From Takakia lepidozioides (taxonomy: Eukaryota; Plantae; Bryophyta): a DNA stretch of 64,000 bases. Both the position numbers and the translations under genes were made by a program. A model generated the notes under the pieces. That model ran no database searches. It was given only the letters and a program-made list of their open reading frames with translations, and was not told the origin of the DNA. Below, piece after piece: positions 1 to 12,858 of the stretch; position 1 is the first letter of the stretch; the number at the start of each line of letters is the position of its first letter. Location of the stretch: positions 3,844,001 to 3,908,000 of the forward strand of contig CM060732.1 of NCBI GenBank assembly GCA_030704615.1, written 5' to 3'.

Positions 1-659
1 TGAACAGACTGTGTAAAACATTGAAAACATATATCAATATCAAGACAATTGTTTTTTATCAAGGCGATCAGTCTTTATGAAGACAATTATCTTTTATCAA
101 GACAATAAAACTAAATGATGAGAAACTAAACGATGAGCGATAGAAATAAACAACCGACCTCCTATCCAGACGAAACAAATGCTAAACAAAAAGAAAAATA
201 CAGAAAACGGGGTTCAACTCCCCCTCATTTTTTGGGCATAGATAGAGGTAGTTGCATCAAACAATGAAATGTGGAAACGTGACATGGTAGCTTTGGCAAC
301 ACCCCACCATTTTTCTTGCGCGAAACAATGAAATACGGGATGTGTATGTGACACCATGCGCATGACCCCGCCCTTTTTGTGACCCCGCCCTTTTTGCGAG
401 GTTTCTCCTGTTGCATTTCGTTACAAGGCGGTGTCCCCGTTTGCGTGTCTCTGTGTGCGTCTGCCTTTGTGGTTGCTGGAATCATGGCTGGTGTGGAGGG
501 ATAGCACCAACAATGCAGGAGAAATTCACAATGAGGAGGAGAAGAAGCCTTTGGAGGGGGGAGGTCACATTAATCTGAAAGTGAAGGGTCAGGTAATGGA
601 AGCCCGTGGCATTTTTGTAGGGTTTGTTTCCCTGTTGGGCTTGAAGTTGTTAGGATCGT

Positions 660-2125
660 AGAGAATGGCACTTCTGGGCATGTGAAGATGCTTTGTGCGG
701 CAGGCAGTCTGACAGAGCCTCTACAGACTTTAAACCAAGGAGGCATTCAGCAGATTCAGATACATATGTCTGTCTCTTGCTTAAGTGCATCAAGATGGAA
801 GGTCTGGAAGCTGGAAAGCAGATGCACACTCACATTATCCAAAGTGGATTCGCTCCAAAAGTTTTTCTACTCGACACCCTTGTCAACATGTATGTTAAGT
901 GCGGGAGCATCATGGATGCTCTCCAAGTGTTCAACAGAATGCTTCAACGATCTTTGATCACGTGGAATATAATGTTGGCAGGATTCACCAAGCATGGGTG
1001 TGGTAGGAATGCTTTGGAAACCTATGAGCAAATGCTGCTCGAAGGGGTGGGTTGGACGATATGTGGTTTCATGGAACGCCATGATTGCAGAATATGCTCA
1101 ACATGGGTGTGTTAGGGAGGCTTTCGAGATCTATGAGCTAATGCATAGGTAGGGGGTGATACCCAACAGGGTCACTTTCACTTCTGTGCTCAATGCATGT
1201 GCCAGTCTAGGAGACCTAGAGAAGGGCAAAGAGATCATGCTGATATCATCAGAGGTGAAATTACAAAATGGCGGAACGAGATGTTGTATTATGGAACTCC
1301 ATGATTACATGTTACATTGGAGGTGGTTTCTCAGGGTTTGTGCCAATGTGGCAGCCCTTGAGAAGGGCAAAGAGATCCATGCTGGCATTATCAAGCCAGA
1401 ATTGTGTCAGATAACATTCTAGGTACTGCCTTGGTAAGCAAGTATGCCAAATACGGGAGCATAAATAATGTATGGCAAGTGTTTGACAATATGGCTGAAC
1501 GGGATGTAGTCTCATGGAGTGCGATGATCGCAGGATATGCCCAGCATGGGTGTGGTACGGAGGCTTTGGAGACCTATAAGCAAATGGTATGAGAAGGGGT
1601 GGCACCTGATCAGTCTACGTTTGTTTGCACTGTCAATGCCTGTGCAAGCCTGGCAGCCCTGGAGAAGGGCAAACAAGTCCATGCTGACATAATTAAAGCT
1701 GGAATTGTTCCAGATATCATTTTGGAGAATACCCTAGTCGATGGTATGCCAAATGTGGCAGCCTTGAAGATGCAAGTCGGGTGTTTGGCAATATGGCTAG
1801 ACAAATTGTGGTCTCATGGAGTGCAATGATCGCAGGATATGCCCAAAATGGGTGTGGTAGGGAGGCTGTGGAGACCTATGAGCTAATGATACGGGAAATG
1901 TATGAAGGGAGTGTTCGACAGTATGGCTGAACGAGCTGTGGTGTCGTGGAGTGCGATGATTGCAGGATATGCACAGCAAGGGTGCGGGATGGAGGCTTTG
2001 GAGACCTATGAGCAAATGATGTGCGAAGGGGGTGAAGCCCAACCACATCACGTTTGTTTGCATTTGCAATGCGTGTGCAAGCCTGGCAGCCCTGGAAAAG
2101 TAAAAAGAGGTCCATGGTGACATTA
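660..2125 (+). pseudogene. PLS-class pentatricopeptide-repeat (PPR) gene, 5' part, frameshifted
   Basis: Repeated PLS motifs across several frames: TLVNMYVKCGSIMDALQVFNRM, DVVSWSAMIAGYAQHGCGTEALETY, TFVCTVNACASLAALEKGKQVH. Many stops and frameshifts. Confidence 0.92.
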
Positions 2126-2482
2126 TCTTTTCTCTATCTTACTCCACCCCTAGCCCCCTGTGCATCTATATTACGGAGTTATATAGTGAATTGTGTATTA
2201 CGGAGTTATATAATGAACTGTGTAAGCTTTGTGTTCAGACCGTAGCACAGAAATAGTGTTGGGTCATACCACTCAAACGCACCTACATAACCAGTAGATT
2301 CAGATGACTGTTATTTCCCAGGTTTGTAAGTTAACTGTGGGCTTGATGTTTGATTGTCAGGTTCCCCTGCGTAATCATTGTAGCATCTCGAGTACCCTGA
2401 AGTGATAAGACCAGGTGGTGAAGAAATTTTAGCTCTACAGTGAATTTCAATCGTTCCTTATGACCCCAACCTTCCTGTGCAG

Positions 2483-3353
2483 GTATTTGGAAAGACTGGA
2501 GGGAAACGATGTCACTGTCAATAGCAATGAAACTCTTCAAGAATTTCTCGATGCTCATGGCTACTCCAAGAAGTTCTGCGAGTGCTACCTGGTAACAATT
2601 GGGCGCGTGTCATTGAATATTGCTTCCATATAGTATGCAGTGTTACAGACTAGTTTTACCTTTACCAGGATGTATTACGACTCACTTGTCAAGTTTCCAA
2701 GCAAGGACTCTTGGGAGGAGTTGTGCTTTCGTTTTGAATGAGTTTCTCTTACTGTCAATATGTGGGGGAAGACAGGTGTCTGTGTGTGCCTCAATATGGT
2801 CATGCCCACTAGAGACTGTAATGGGGTATTCAGCTGCCAGCATTCTCACATTCTGCCGTAATCACTACCTACTGCAGGTATGGCCTATATGATTTTGGCT
2901 CAGCTATGGGATGCTATGTTATAGTTGAATGATCTACAAGTTTTTCTTTTGTTTTCTATTTCTGTCTCATCGCCCTTGATTCTGTCTTTAACCATCCTCT
3001 CTTGTTTTTCCTTCGTGTGTTCAAATAAAGTTCTCTTTTCCTGGGGTGTTTGGAGTTTTTAGGCCTAAACTCACAATGAGGAGAGTCCTTTGATACCGTC
3101 AAGAGCCAGGGGAATACCACAGACACATGGATGGAAAGTGGGGTGGCACAGAGGTACAAAGGGGAAAGAGAGCCTAGGTGGCAGTACTTCATGTGATGTG
3201 CCCCACAGAAATTGGATGTAAGAGGGGTTTGCACAATGCCGCTCCAAGAAAGTTGTAGCCCACATTTTCTGATCATGTGCTGTGACTGGTGCAGCTGTTT
3301 GGCCGCCCAGCATGGCTGACTGTTAAGGCCTCTCTGAAACCCATGTCTCCAAG
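2483..3353 (+). pseudogene. Three-exon fragment of a plant cyclopropane-fatty-acyl-phospholipid synthase-like gene (N-terminal FAD oxidoreductase region)
   Basis: AG/GT-bounded exons 2483-2591 (YLERLEGND...NETLQEFLDAHGYSKKFCECYL), 2776-2877 (VSVCASIWSCPLETVMGYSAASILTFCRNHYLLQ) and 3295-3353 (LFGRPAWLTVK, then a 1-nt frameshift). Matches the recalled plant CFA-synthase segment ETLGEFL..RGYSELFQ.AYLVPICGSIWSCP...SVLSFC.NHHLLQIFGRPQWLTV. Confidence 0.8.
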
Positions 3354-4246
3354 GTGTGCTAAGTTTCTTCTAGCTGGTCTCGTGCCCGTAAATAATTGTC
3401 CTACCGGTTTGTTTTGCCTGAAAATGCTTTCGTCCTATTATTGAGTATTGTGACCTTTGCAAAGCACCTGTATGCGGCACTAAGCTGTCTAAATGTGGCA
3501 GATAGTTGCGGAGCTGGAAGGAGCAGGTTCTAAAATTCGGACAAGCTGTACTGTCACCCACATTTTCACGTTGTCATATGGTATAACCTCTTGAATGGAT
3601 AAGACCTTTACTGTGTGTCTTGGGAAGAGATTCCTACTTACTGGATTCTCCTTGCGGCTTTGGAAAGACCCAGCCTAGTCTGAGAGAAAGTGGTGAAGGA
3701 AGGTCACTACCACTGCTCACAGGTTGTTCCATTGTGGAACTGTCTGTAGGTGTCGGATTAGGCTAGTCTTCTTATTGTCTGTGGGGGCCTTCGGTGAAGC
3801 ATTATGGTGAAGAGTTTGGACCACATGTTGGTGACAGCTTTAGAATTGTCGTAGAGTGCCTCAAAATAAAAGGATAGAGGAAAAGTAGTTAGAAGAGTGT
3901 CCATAGTCTTGTGGGTCGTTGGATCTCAGCTCTCCATCAGCACTATTCCTTTCTAGCTTACAACAGATGTGACATGTGGCTCTTAGAAAAATGGAGAAGT
4001 TGTTGGTTGTCAGAAGAAGAAATGAAACGAAATGGTACGTTATAACGTGTAAGGAACTTCTGAAATTCCATAAGGCCAAAGAACTGATGGGACAAACACA
4101 CAACTGATGAAGCAGCTGGTAGGAATGACCCCTACATCTCTGCACAAAAATGGATTCTCAGTCTCTATAGCTTTAGTCATGGAGGCCAGTTCTGACTCCA
4201 GAAGATGTACATTTCTAAGGACATTGTTCTAGTATTGGGCAATATG

Positions 4247-5522
4247 ACCGATGTCATTCTGAACACTGCCCTGGTGGACATGTATGTCAAATGTGGGTGC
4301 ATCGAGGATGCAAATGGAGTATGGCTGAACGTGATGTGGTGTCGTGGAGTGCGATGATTGCAGGATATGCACAGCAAGGGGCGGGATGGAGGCTTTGGAG
4401 ACCTATGAGCAATTGATGTGCCGCATAACGTTTTGCATTTGCAATGCGTGTGCAAGCCTCACAGCCCTGGAAAGGTGCAAAGAGGTCCATGGTGACATCA
4501 TCAAAGCTGGATTTGTACCAGATGTCATCCTGAACACTGCCCTGCTGGACAGGTATGTCAAATGTGAGTGCATCGAGGATGCAAAGGGAGTGTTCGACAG
4601 TATGGCTGAAAAAGATGTGGTGTCGTGGAGTGCGATGATTGCAGGATATGCACAGCAGGAGCGTGGGATGGAGGCTTTGGAGACCTATGAGCAAATGATG
4701 GGGGAAGGGGTGAAGCCCGACCACATCACGTTTGTGTGCGTTTGCAGTGCGTGTGCAAGCCTGGCAGCCCTGGAAAAGGGCAAAGAGGTGCATGGTTGCA
4801 TCGGCAAAGCTGGAATTGTACCAGATGTGATTCTGGACAATACCCTCGTGGACATGTTTGCCAAATGTGGGAGCATTGAGGATGCGGAGGGAGTGTTCAA
4901 CAATATGGCTGAATGAGATTTGGTGTCATGGAACGGGGAGACCTATGAGCAAATGATGGGGGAAGAGGTGCATCGAGGATGCAAAGGGAGTATTGGACAA
5001 TGTGACTGAACGAAAAGTGTTGTCGTGAAATGCGATGATCGTAGGATATGCCCACAACATGGTTGTCATAAGGAGGTCCTGCAACTATTTGAAGGAATGT
5101 AAAAGAACGGCTTGAAGCTGGACAATATCACCTTTATATGTGTTCTCTCTGCATGCAGCCACACTGACCTACTGAATGAAGGAAGACGCTACTTCGATTC
5201 CCTGAGTCAAGATCATGGTGTTACTCCGACAGTAAAGCACTTTGGCTGCATGGTGGACCTTCTTGGACGTGCGAGACAACTGGATGAGGCAGTGGACCTG
5301 ATTAATAAAATGCCAATCAATCCAGATGTTGTGGAAGGCCTTGCTTGGTGCCTGCAGAATCCATGGCAATGTGGAGATGGATGAACGTGCGGCAACATCT
5401 ATCCTCAAGTGGGCTGAACAGGATGCCGCGACTTATGTGTTGCTATCAAACATCTATGCTGCAGCTGGCCGGTGGGATGATACTGCAAAGGTGAGAAGAA
5501 TGATAAAGGTCAGAGGGGTTAG
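4247..5522 (+). pseudogene. PLS-E class PPR gene, 3' part with E domain, truncated by an LTR insertion
   Basis: PLS repeats, then ITFICVLSACSH...HFGCMVDLLGRA...WKALLGACRIHGNVE...ATYVLLSNIYAAAGRWDD..KVRRMIKVRGV (E/E+ start). Similarity stops at the TG at 5523. Confidence 0.92.
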
Positions 5523-6477
5523 TGTCGAGCGGCTCTTACTCACCTATCCCTTTGCTATCCGAGGTGGGAACTCCAAGATAGAGGAGTTGGATATCTCTAA
5601 GCACTCAGCCCGCTCAGAACAATCAGTCATGACCTACAACTAGTGTATCATGGAAGTGCTTCCTGTTTGTATTTCTTCTTGCTTTCATGTCAGCAAGTTA
5701 CTTTACTATTTATATTTAAGTATCAGATTGCTTCAGCAATCTACCAGGTTCCAATCACTCATCCATTCATTCCACAGTTTCACTCAGATCTCTCTACACA
5801 GTGTGAGTATGGAATATGTATCAGATTAAGATTTATAAAGTATCAGGCCGAAGCCATGGTGTCTCTAGTCTGCTCTACAGAACAACTCTACAACTTGCAT
5901 GAATCAAGCATCAACAGTTCGTGTCTCCTCCTCCACTGTGCTCTCCATTCCTCAACTCCAGATCGTCCTTCTCTCCCCGATGACCAAGTCGTGATGCAAG
6001 AAGTGTCCTCTCCCCATTGCCACTTTGCCTTTTCTACCTGCAAGTTGTTCTAACTGCCTAACTAACTAACTGTCATCCAGACAGAATACACGTTCCCTCT
6101 GCCGATATCATTCCCACACAGTCGTTCCCTGCTATGGTAACCGTTCCCTGTGAATGCTGTGACGGGCTGTGCCAAACTGTGCTGGCTGTGACTAGCTGTG
6201 ACTGGCTGTGTCGGCCTGTGACTAGCTGTGTAAAGCTGTGTCGGGCTTTGATAGGCTGTGTAAGGCTGTAACAAGCTGTGTCAGGCTGTGTCGGCTGTGA
6301 TAGACTGTGAAAGGCTGTGTAAGGCTGTGATGTCCAAGCTGTGTCAGGCTGTGTAAGCCTGTCTACCACCCCTAAGGCATGTGTTGGTCTAAGTCTACCA
6401 TCCGTAAGTCTGCGCAAAAATTAAGGGTACCCAACAGAACCCATAAAACTGTCTAAGTCCCAGACAGCTTTCTAACA
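5523..6477 (-). repeat. Putative 3' LTR of G1
   Basis: Right boundary is 3 nt from the PPT. Left boundary (TG at 5523) is inferred from where PPR similarity ends. No second LTR in the window to confirm. Confidence 0.6.
6155..6365. repeat. Degenerate short tandem repeat (GGCTGTGT/GCTGTGA units) inside the G1 LTR; related 30-bp units at ~9200-9330
   Basis: Directly visible periodic ggctgtg motifs. Confidence 0.75.
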
Positions 6478-6962
6478 TTACCCCTCCTCCTCTCAAAAAG
6501 TCGTGTCCTCACGGTATACTGTTTAGGATCAACAAACCTTTGTGAACAAGCACCCTTCTGTCGGCGAGAGTCCCGTGGAGGGCTCTGTGTGCGAGTCCGA
6601 GCCCTGTTACTAGCTGGTGGAAATAACTGGTCCCCAAATGGAAATGTCTGGCCTTCCTTTGGTTGATAAGGAGGTACTTCTCAGGCATAGGAGATCCCCG
6701 TCATTTCTTCTCTGCCATTTGTAGTGCATAGTCCTCCGCCATGTCAAAAGGTTCCTCCATAGAGCCAGGTATCAGAATCATCTCCCCCCCTGTGGACTTT
6801 CGGTGCTCTGACCTTCTCGGGAATCCTGCGTGGCACACAATGTTTGCCCACCATGTCTGGAAGCTTAAACATTGAAACCTGCATCAATCTCTTGCGAGCA
6901 AAGTTAGTGTACTCCCGGAGCTCCTTGTCCGTATAGGTGAGGGGTGTGCCAATGACCTTGGA

Positions 6963-8769
6963 TCAGTGTAAGTATTTCCTGGCTTCATGTCCCTTATAAA
7001 AAAGATCGTCAAGGCCCAATTTTTCTTTGGCCAAATTGTCCAAAGCAAAATTGAACCAAGAACGAAGTTGGGGATCCTTCTGCAACATGATCTTCACATC
7101 ATACAGATACGTATGGGGGAACTGAAGGTAAGACCCAATGATCCCCAGTGGAATAACTCTGAAATCTCGTCTGCATCTTCTGCTGCTCAATGTGATAGCG
7201 TGCAATGAAACAAGCAGCATAGTATAAACCACAACCCATGACCAGACTAGGTACCTCCTTGGTCTTGGTGTAAATGTACCCATGAACAATCTGGAAGACA
7301 ATTAATTCCTTCAGCATGGTGCCTGCCTCAGACCAGTACCTTGCAAAATGGTGATCTTCAATGGGTCGGTTATTCGGAAGAACCTTAGTCTGTGTTGCCA
7401 CTGGCAACCAAATGCGCATGATCTGGTAATAGTGTGCCAAAGATTGTGGAGGACTGAATTCCTTCCAAGCCAAATCCATCACAATGGGAATTTGGTTGAA
7501 GGGCATAATCATAGCCCGATTGTACTCAAGTGCAGTAGGGGTCTTAGGTGGGTTAAAAGAAGCATCCCCCCAAACCTCAGATTGCTGCAAAGCCATGGTA
7601 TCAACAGTATCGACCTGCTGTGGTTGCTGTGATATTGGTGCCACTGTCCCTCCTGTTGTGGGCAAGTCATGTACCTCATGTGATGAAGATTGGAAAATCA
7701 GAGTCCGCGCATGTAAATAAACAGCCACCAGCTGTTCCTCAGGGACAAAGGCTCTTTTGTCAATGTTGGAACTTAAGTCATCCACTTGAGTCTGCAGCCC
7801 TTCCACATCATCCTCCAACTCAGCTATCCGACTATAGACATTGTCTATAGTGGTTGTGGCAATGTTCTGTACCTGTAGCCTGAGATCATTCATCTCCTCC
7901 TGGGTGAGCTTCCTTGGTGCCTTCCCTTCCACCGGCCCTTGTGTTAACCACACTTGCAAAATATGATTATCCACCAAGTCCTGTGTAGCACCCCTGAGAT
8001 CCTGCTCCTCCTTGAGTCTATATGTTTGCAACTGCTGCTGCAAACTCTCCATATGCTTTGCATGAGGTTCAACCAAAGCTGCATAGGCAGCAGACAGATT
8101 ATTGGCTTCCTTCCAAGCCTTGTTTGTCACAGAAAGCTCATTCTTTCGTGTTGTGAGTGTTTGCTGCAACTCAAGGATGTATCTGTCTTTCTGAGCCGCA
8201 ACCTGACTGTACTATTGAAATGTATCCTCATTGCGACGGATAGTAGCCTTCAAGTCAGCAATGAGTTTCGCCTGCTCCACTGATTCAGCCTCCACCATCA
8301 AACATCTGTCAGCCTGATTCTTAACTTCTAATGCAGTCAGCTCTAGAGTAGTTGTTAGTGTGGCACATTGGATGGTCATTTTATGATGAACTGACTCCAA
8401 CTCTATATGTAGCAACTTCACTTCGTGCAATTTGCCCTCATGCTTCACCTGCAACTGGTATAACTGTTGCTTATGTACTTCATGCAACTTCTCCTGCTCC
8501 AGGCCTGCTTCAATCAGGTTTTCCTTTGCTAGCTGCAGGGCAGCCCTCGTGTCCTCCAACTCTTTCTGCAATTTGAGATTGGCCTCCACATCCACCTTAT
8601 TTGCACACTCAGTGGCAATTCTTGCTTCAAACTCTTGTAATCTAGCCCAAAGTTGAATGAGAATTTTTTTAATTTCTTGTTCTTGTTTCTTGGAGGGAAC
8701 CACTTGCATGAAATTCACATTCCTGATTGGCTGTTGCCTCATCGGGTAACTTCTCAATTTTACCCCCAT
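6963..8769 (-). pseudogene. G1 extra ORF downstream of integrase, coiled-coil rich, function unknown
   Basis: ORFs 8212-8769 and 7099-8169 lie on the pol strand between integrase and PPT and are E/Q/K/L-rich. A paralogous segment recurs at 18360-18800. Confidence 0.6.
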
Positions 8770-9469
8770 CTATTCATATTCCCACTTGGAATGCCCAGTA
8801 GGACTGCACATGTGGCAAAGGTCCCCCTCTGCCAGACGCGTAAGGGGTTCCGTTACCTGTCCCTTGGATGCATTAATGGGTACGTAATTAGTTTCGGCTG
8901 AGGTACCGGGTAGGTACTTTGACGGCCATGTTTGTTTTCTTGCATGATGGCACCCGCTATTGTTGTAGTTCGAAAGTGCAGGTTCGTGCGTATATCTTGG
9001 CTCATTTGGTTTATTCGTCTGGCAGTACATGCAATACGGAGCGCTTTGCCCCTTAGGCCACGTGTTCGATTTTAAACATGCTCCCGTCTTCCTCTATCCG
9101 CGAGGCACATTCTCCGAGTTTGACTTCCAAACTTCTTTTACACTCACCGGCCACTTCCCTGACGTTAACCCGCGTCCACCTGTCACTGACCCTAGGGACT
9201 GTGCAACCTGTGTGGGCTGTATTGGGCTGTGACAGGCTGTGTCAAACTGTGGTGAGCTGTGATACGTTGTGTCAAACTGTGGTGGGCTGTGATATGTTGT
9301 GGTAAACTGTGGTGGGCTGTGATGGCTGTGTGAACACCCGTGTTCTCTGCGATGGCCATACACATCCGGCTTTACGACAAGTGCTTCATGCTCTGTTGGT
9401 GTAGGCTGTGACTGCATCTGTGTTTCAAGATGCAAATCATGCTGTAATGGTTTATCATGGATACCACTG

Positions 9470-10560
9470 TATCCCTTCAACTTATTGGCATTGACTCTTC
9501 CAAACATCTCTTTGTTAATGGTTTGTAACATGGCTGTGTTGTTATCATACATCTTCTGTATGACATAAGGTCCTTTCCATGGTGACTTAAGCTTAGAAGC
9601 TTTAATCTTTCCCTTCTTCTACAACCACAGTACCAAATCTCCCGTCTTAAAAGTCTTCAATTTTCCTTCATCAAACCGATCCTTCCTCTTCATCTGAATT
9701 TTGGTCATGTTATCTACTGCATCAGCACGTACTTCTTCCACATGATATAATTCATGTTTCCTGACTTTAATTGAATCCTCCAATTCCATTCTCCTTCCTC
9801 ATTCAGTTCTCATGGTAGGTAATAAGAATTCCACTGGAAGTAAAGCTTCCATACCATAAACTTATTGGAATGGTGTATACTTGGTGGTGACTTTATATGA
9901 AGTCTTGTATGACCAAAAAGCTGCCAACAGCTTTGTATCCCAATCCGTTCTGTTTGCATTGACTATCTTAGCCAAGATAGTGCATAATATTTTGTTGGTG
10001 GCCTCTGCCTGCCCATTGCCCTGTGGGTAATGGGTTGTACTCTTCATGTGCACAATCATGAACTCTTTAGTCAATAGTTCGATGGTCTCATTAATGAAGT
10101 GATTTCATTGGTCACTGATAAATTCCAGGAGACAGCCAAATCTTGTGAGTATGTTCTCATACATGAACCTTGTTGTGGACTTAGCTGTGTTGTCCCTCAG
10201 AGCCTTAGCTTCCACCCACTTTGTAGTATAATCAGTGGCTGTGATTATATACTTGTTCTGTGTATTCCTGGCTGGTGGATTAATTGGTCCAACAAAGTCT
10301 AATCCCCATTTCTGAAATGGTTCAGTAGGCGTCGTAGGATGCAAAGCCATCTTCCCATATCTTTGCAAAGGTCCTAGCCTCTGACACTCATCACAACTCT
10401 TGCAATACTTATGTACATCCTTGAACAAAGTAGGCCACCAGTAACCTGCAAGTAGTATTTTCCTACTGGTAGTCTCCTCTCCAAAATGTCCTCCAGCCAC
10501 TCCTTTATGAACTTCTTCCAAAACTTTATTTACTTCATGGTGGTACAAGCATCATTTAAG
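9470..10560 (-). pseudogene. pol: G1 integrase (HHCC zinc finger, rve core)
   Basis: H...GGHFG...[45 protein letters not shown]. Frameshifted. Confidence 0.92.
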
Positions 10561-10741
10561 AACTCCATCAGGTCCCGGTAGTATATGGTAAAGCCTTGAT
10601 AGCTATTCTTAACCTTTGCTCCTTCCCATAACTGGGTGGGCACTGACCATGAGTAAGGTAATATCTGATTGGCCACTACCAATCTAACCAATCATCTGCA
10701 CTTCCCTGCACCTCCACTGCAAATAAACTCGCATAAGGCAG

Positions 10742-12072
10742 CTAGTCGTCTACTCCCGTGGTGGACTCTCCTGTTGATAGGCGTGACAAGTGATCTGCCA
10801 CAAGATGCAAACGGCCAGGCTTGTAAACAACTTCGAATTCAAACTCGTGCAAGATTATTAACCTTCTTGATATCCTGTCACTTATCAAAGGCTTGTTCAC
10901 CAGATAAATCAAAGCCTGATGATCCACATAAAACATAAACTTCCTTCCCAATAGGTAATGCTTGAATTTCTTGATTGCATAAATCATTGCCAAAGCTTCT
11001 CTTTTAGTAGTGCTATAGTTCCTCTCAGCACTGTTCAACAATCTGCTAGCATAGTACACAGGTGAATCTGTTTCCTGTGACATTTTGGGCTAACACAGCT
11101 CCCAATGCTTCTCCTGAGGCATCACATTGTACATGAAATACTACATGTCAATGCGGGTTAATCAGCATAGGTGTAGTTGTTACTGACAATGTAAGTGCCT
11201 CAAATGCCTGTTGACATTCAGCTGTCCATATAAACACTGCATCCTTCTTCAAAAGCTTGCTCAATAGAGCTGCCATCTGTGCGTACCGCCTAACAAACCT
11301 TCTATAATAAGTAGTTTGTCTAAGGAACCTCCTTAGACCCTTAATGTTACTTGGTGGTGGTGAGGGCTTTAATAGCCTCCGTCTTTCTAGTATCCACAAG
11401 CAGTCCCTTCTTACACACAATGTGTCCCAGTAGTAACCCCGAGTTCACACAGAAAATACACTTTTTCAGATTCAGATCAAGACCTCTCATCCTGCATCTG
11501 GCCAAACATAATTCCAACTTCTGCAAGTGCTCATTCTTAGAGCTGTACACACTGAAGTCATCTAAGAACACTTGCATGAAGTCATCCAAATACTCATGGA
11601 AGGATTCACTTATCACTCTCTGAAAAGCTGCTGGTGCATTACAAAGTCCAAAAGACATGACTTTGTATGCATAAGCACCCCAGTCTGTGATGAAAGTTAT
11701 CTTACCTTGATCTTCTTCCGCCACTTGCACTTGGTTATACCCACTGAAGCCATCCATGAATGAGTACATCTCATGGCCTACCACAGTGTCCAATACAGCT
11801 TCTGTAAATGGCAAGGGAAAGGGATCTTTCTTTGTACAAGCATTCAACTTTTTATAGTTCAGACAAACTCTCAGTTTGCCATTCTTCTTGGGAACTATCA
11901 CAATGGGTGACAACCAAGTTGTATACTCTATTAGGTATATGAACTTAGCCTCAGCCAACTTCTTGATCTCCTCCCCAACCTTCTGTGCATAGTTGGGATT
12001 CATCCTGTACCTTGCCTGTTTGATTGGTACTGACCCTGGTTCTAGCTCAATCTTATGCTCGCAGATCTTAGG
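10742..12072 (-). pseudogene. pol: G1 reverse transcriptase and RNase H
   Basis: WLSPIVIVPKKNGKLRVC, DGFSGYNQ, FGLCNAPA, FLDDF, YYASRLLNSAERNYSTT. Confidence 0.93.
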
Positions 12073-12858
12073 GAGGTTAGCTATTTCATGAGCATGAGCG
12101 GCATAGCGGAGTAGCAAGACAGTCGGTTTTCATGAGCAGAAATACAAATTTTGAAAATAAAAAACATTATAAAACATTAATTTAATGCAATGTGTCAGAA
12201 AAAACAAATATATTATTCGGCACCTTGAAGGGGAAATTGTAGATTTTGAGAGTTGTGCTCATGATATTTCGTCGTCCGCTCATGCCAATTCCCAGCGACA
12301 TGTGCAAAAATGGCGCCGAATTTCGTGGTAATAGGGTCCGTAACCGGAAAGAATCGCGACGTATTTCGCGGTAAGAGGTCTCTCTGGCGAAAAATGGTGC
12401 CGAATTCCGCGGCTATAGGTCCCCTTGTGACAGGTGTGTAAGCCCAAAATTTGGAAATGTGGCGCCGAATTTCGGTACATGGTGCGGGGGATTGCACAGA
12501 TGTTGGGCAGTTCTGGGCCATGTAACTGGAAATTCGGCGCCATTTTTCCAGACATCGTTCCCGAGCATGTTCGGACGTAGCCAGTTTTCGGCCCAAAATA
12601 GGGAAATTCGGCGCCATTTTTCCTGACACAGGGGTACCAGTGCATGTTGGGACTTAGCCAGTTTTCGGCCCAAAATAGAGAAATTCGGCGCCATTTTTCC
12701 AGAAATGGCCCCACAACTGCTTCTGTTGGATCTCAGTTTGAATGGAATATTTGCCTCATTCCAGGAGTTTTGGGGTGCATTTCATTACACTGCAAAAAAA
12801 AGTCCGATACATGAAAATGCAATTGAAAATATCCATATGGAGGATTCCCTTTGCCCCA

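Larger units (their letters stand above)
5523..12072 (-). mobile_element. Ty3/Gypsy LTR retrotransposon G1 (no chromodomain seen, extra ORF after integrase), cut on its 5' side by a MULE insertion
   Basis: On the minus strand: RT, RNaseH, integrase, extra ORFs, polypurine tract GAGAGGAGGAGGGG (6481-6494), then an LTR beginning TG at 6477. Confidence 0.88.

Noticed and set aside
3354-4245. Possible LINE 3' fragment on the minus strand
   Set aside because: No convincing RT or zinc-finger motif by eye.
660-5522. Functional PPR RNA-editing factor rescued by splicing or editing
   Set aside because: Too many frameshifts and deletions, plus an LTR insertion after the E domain.
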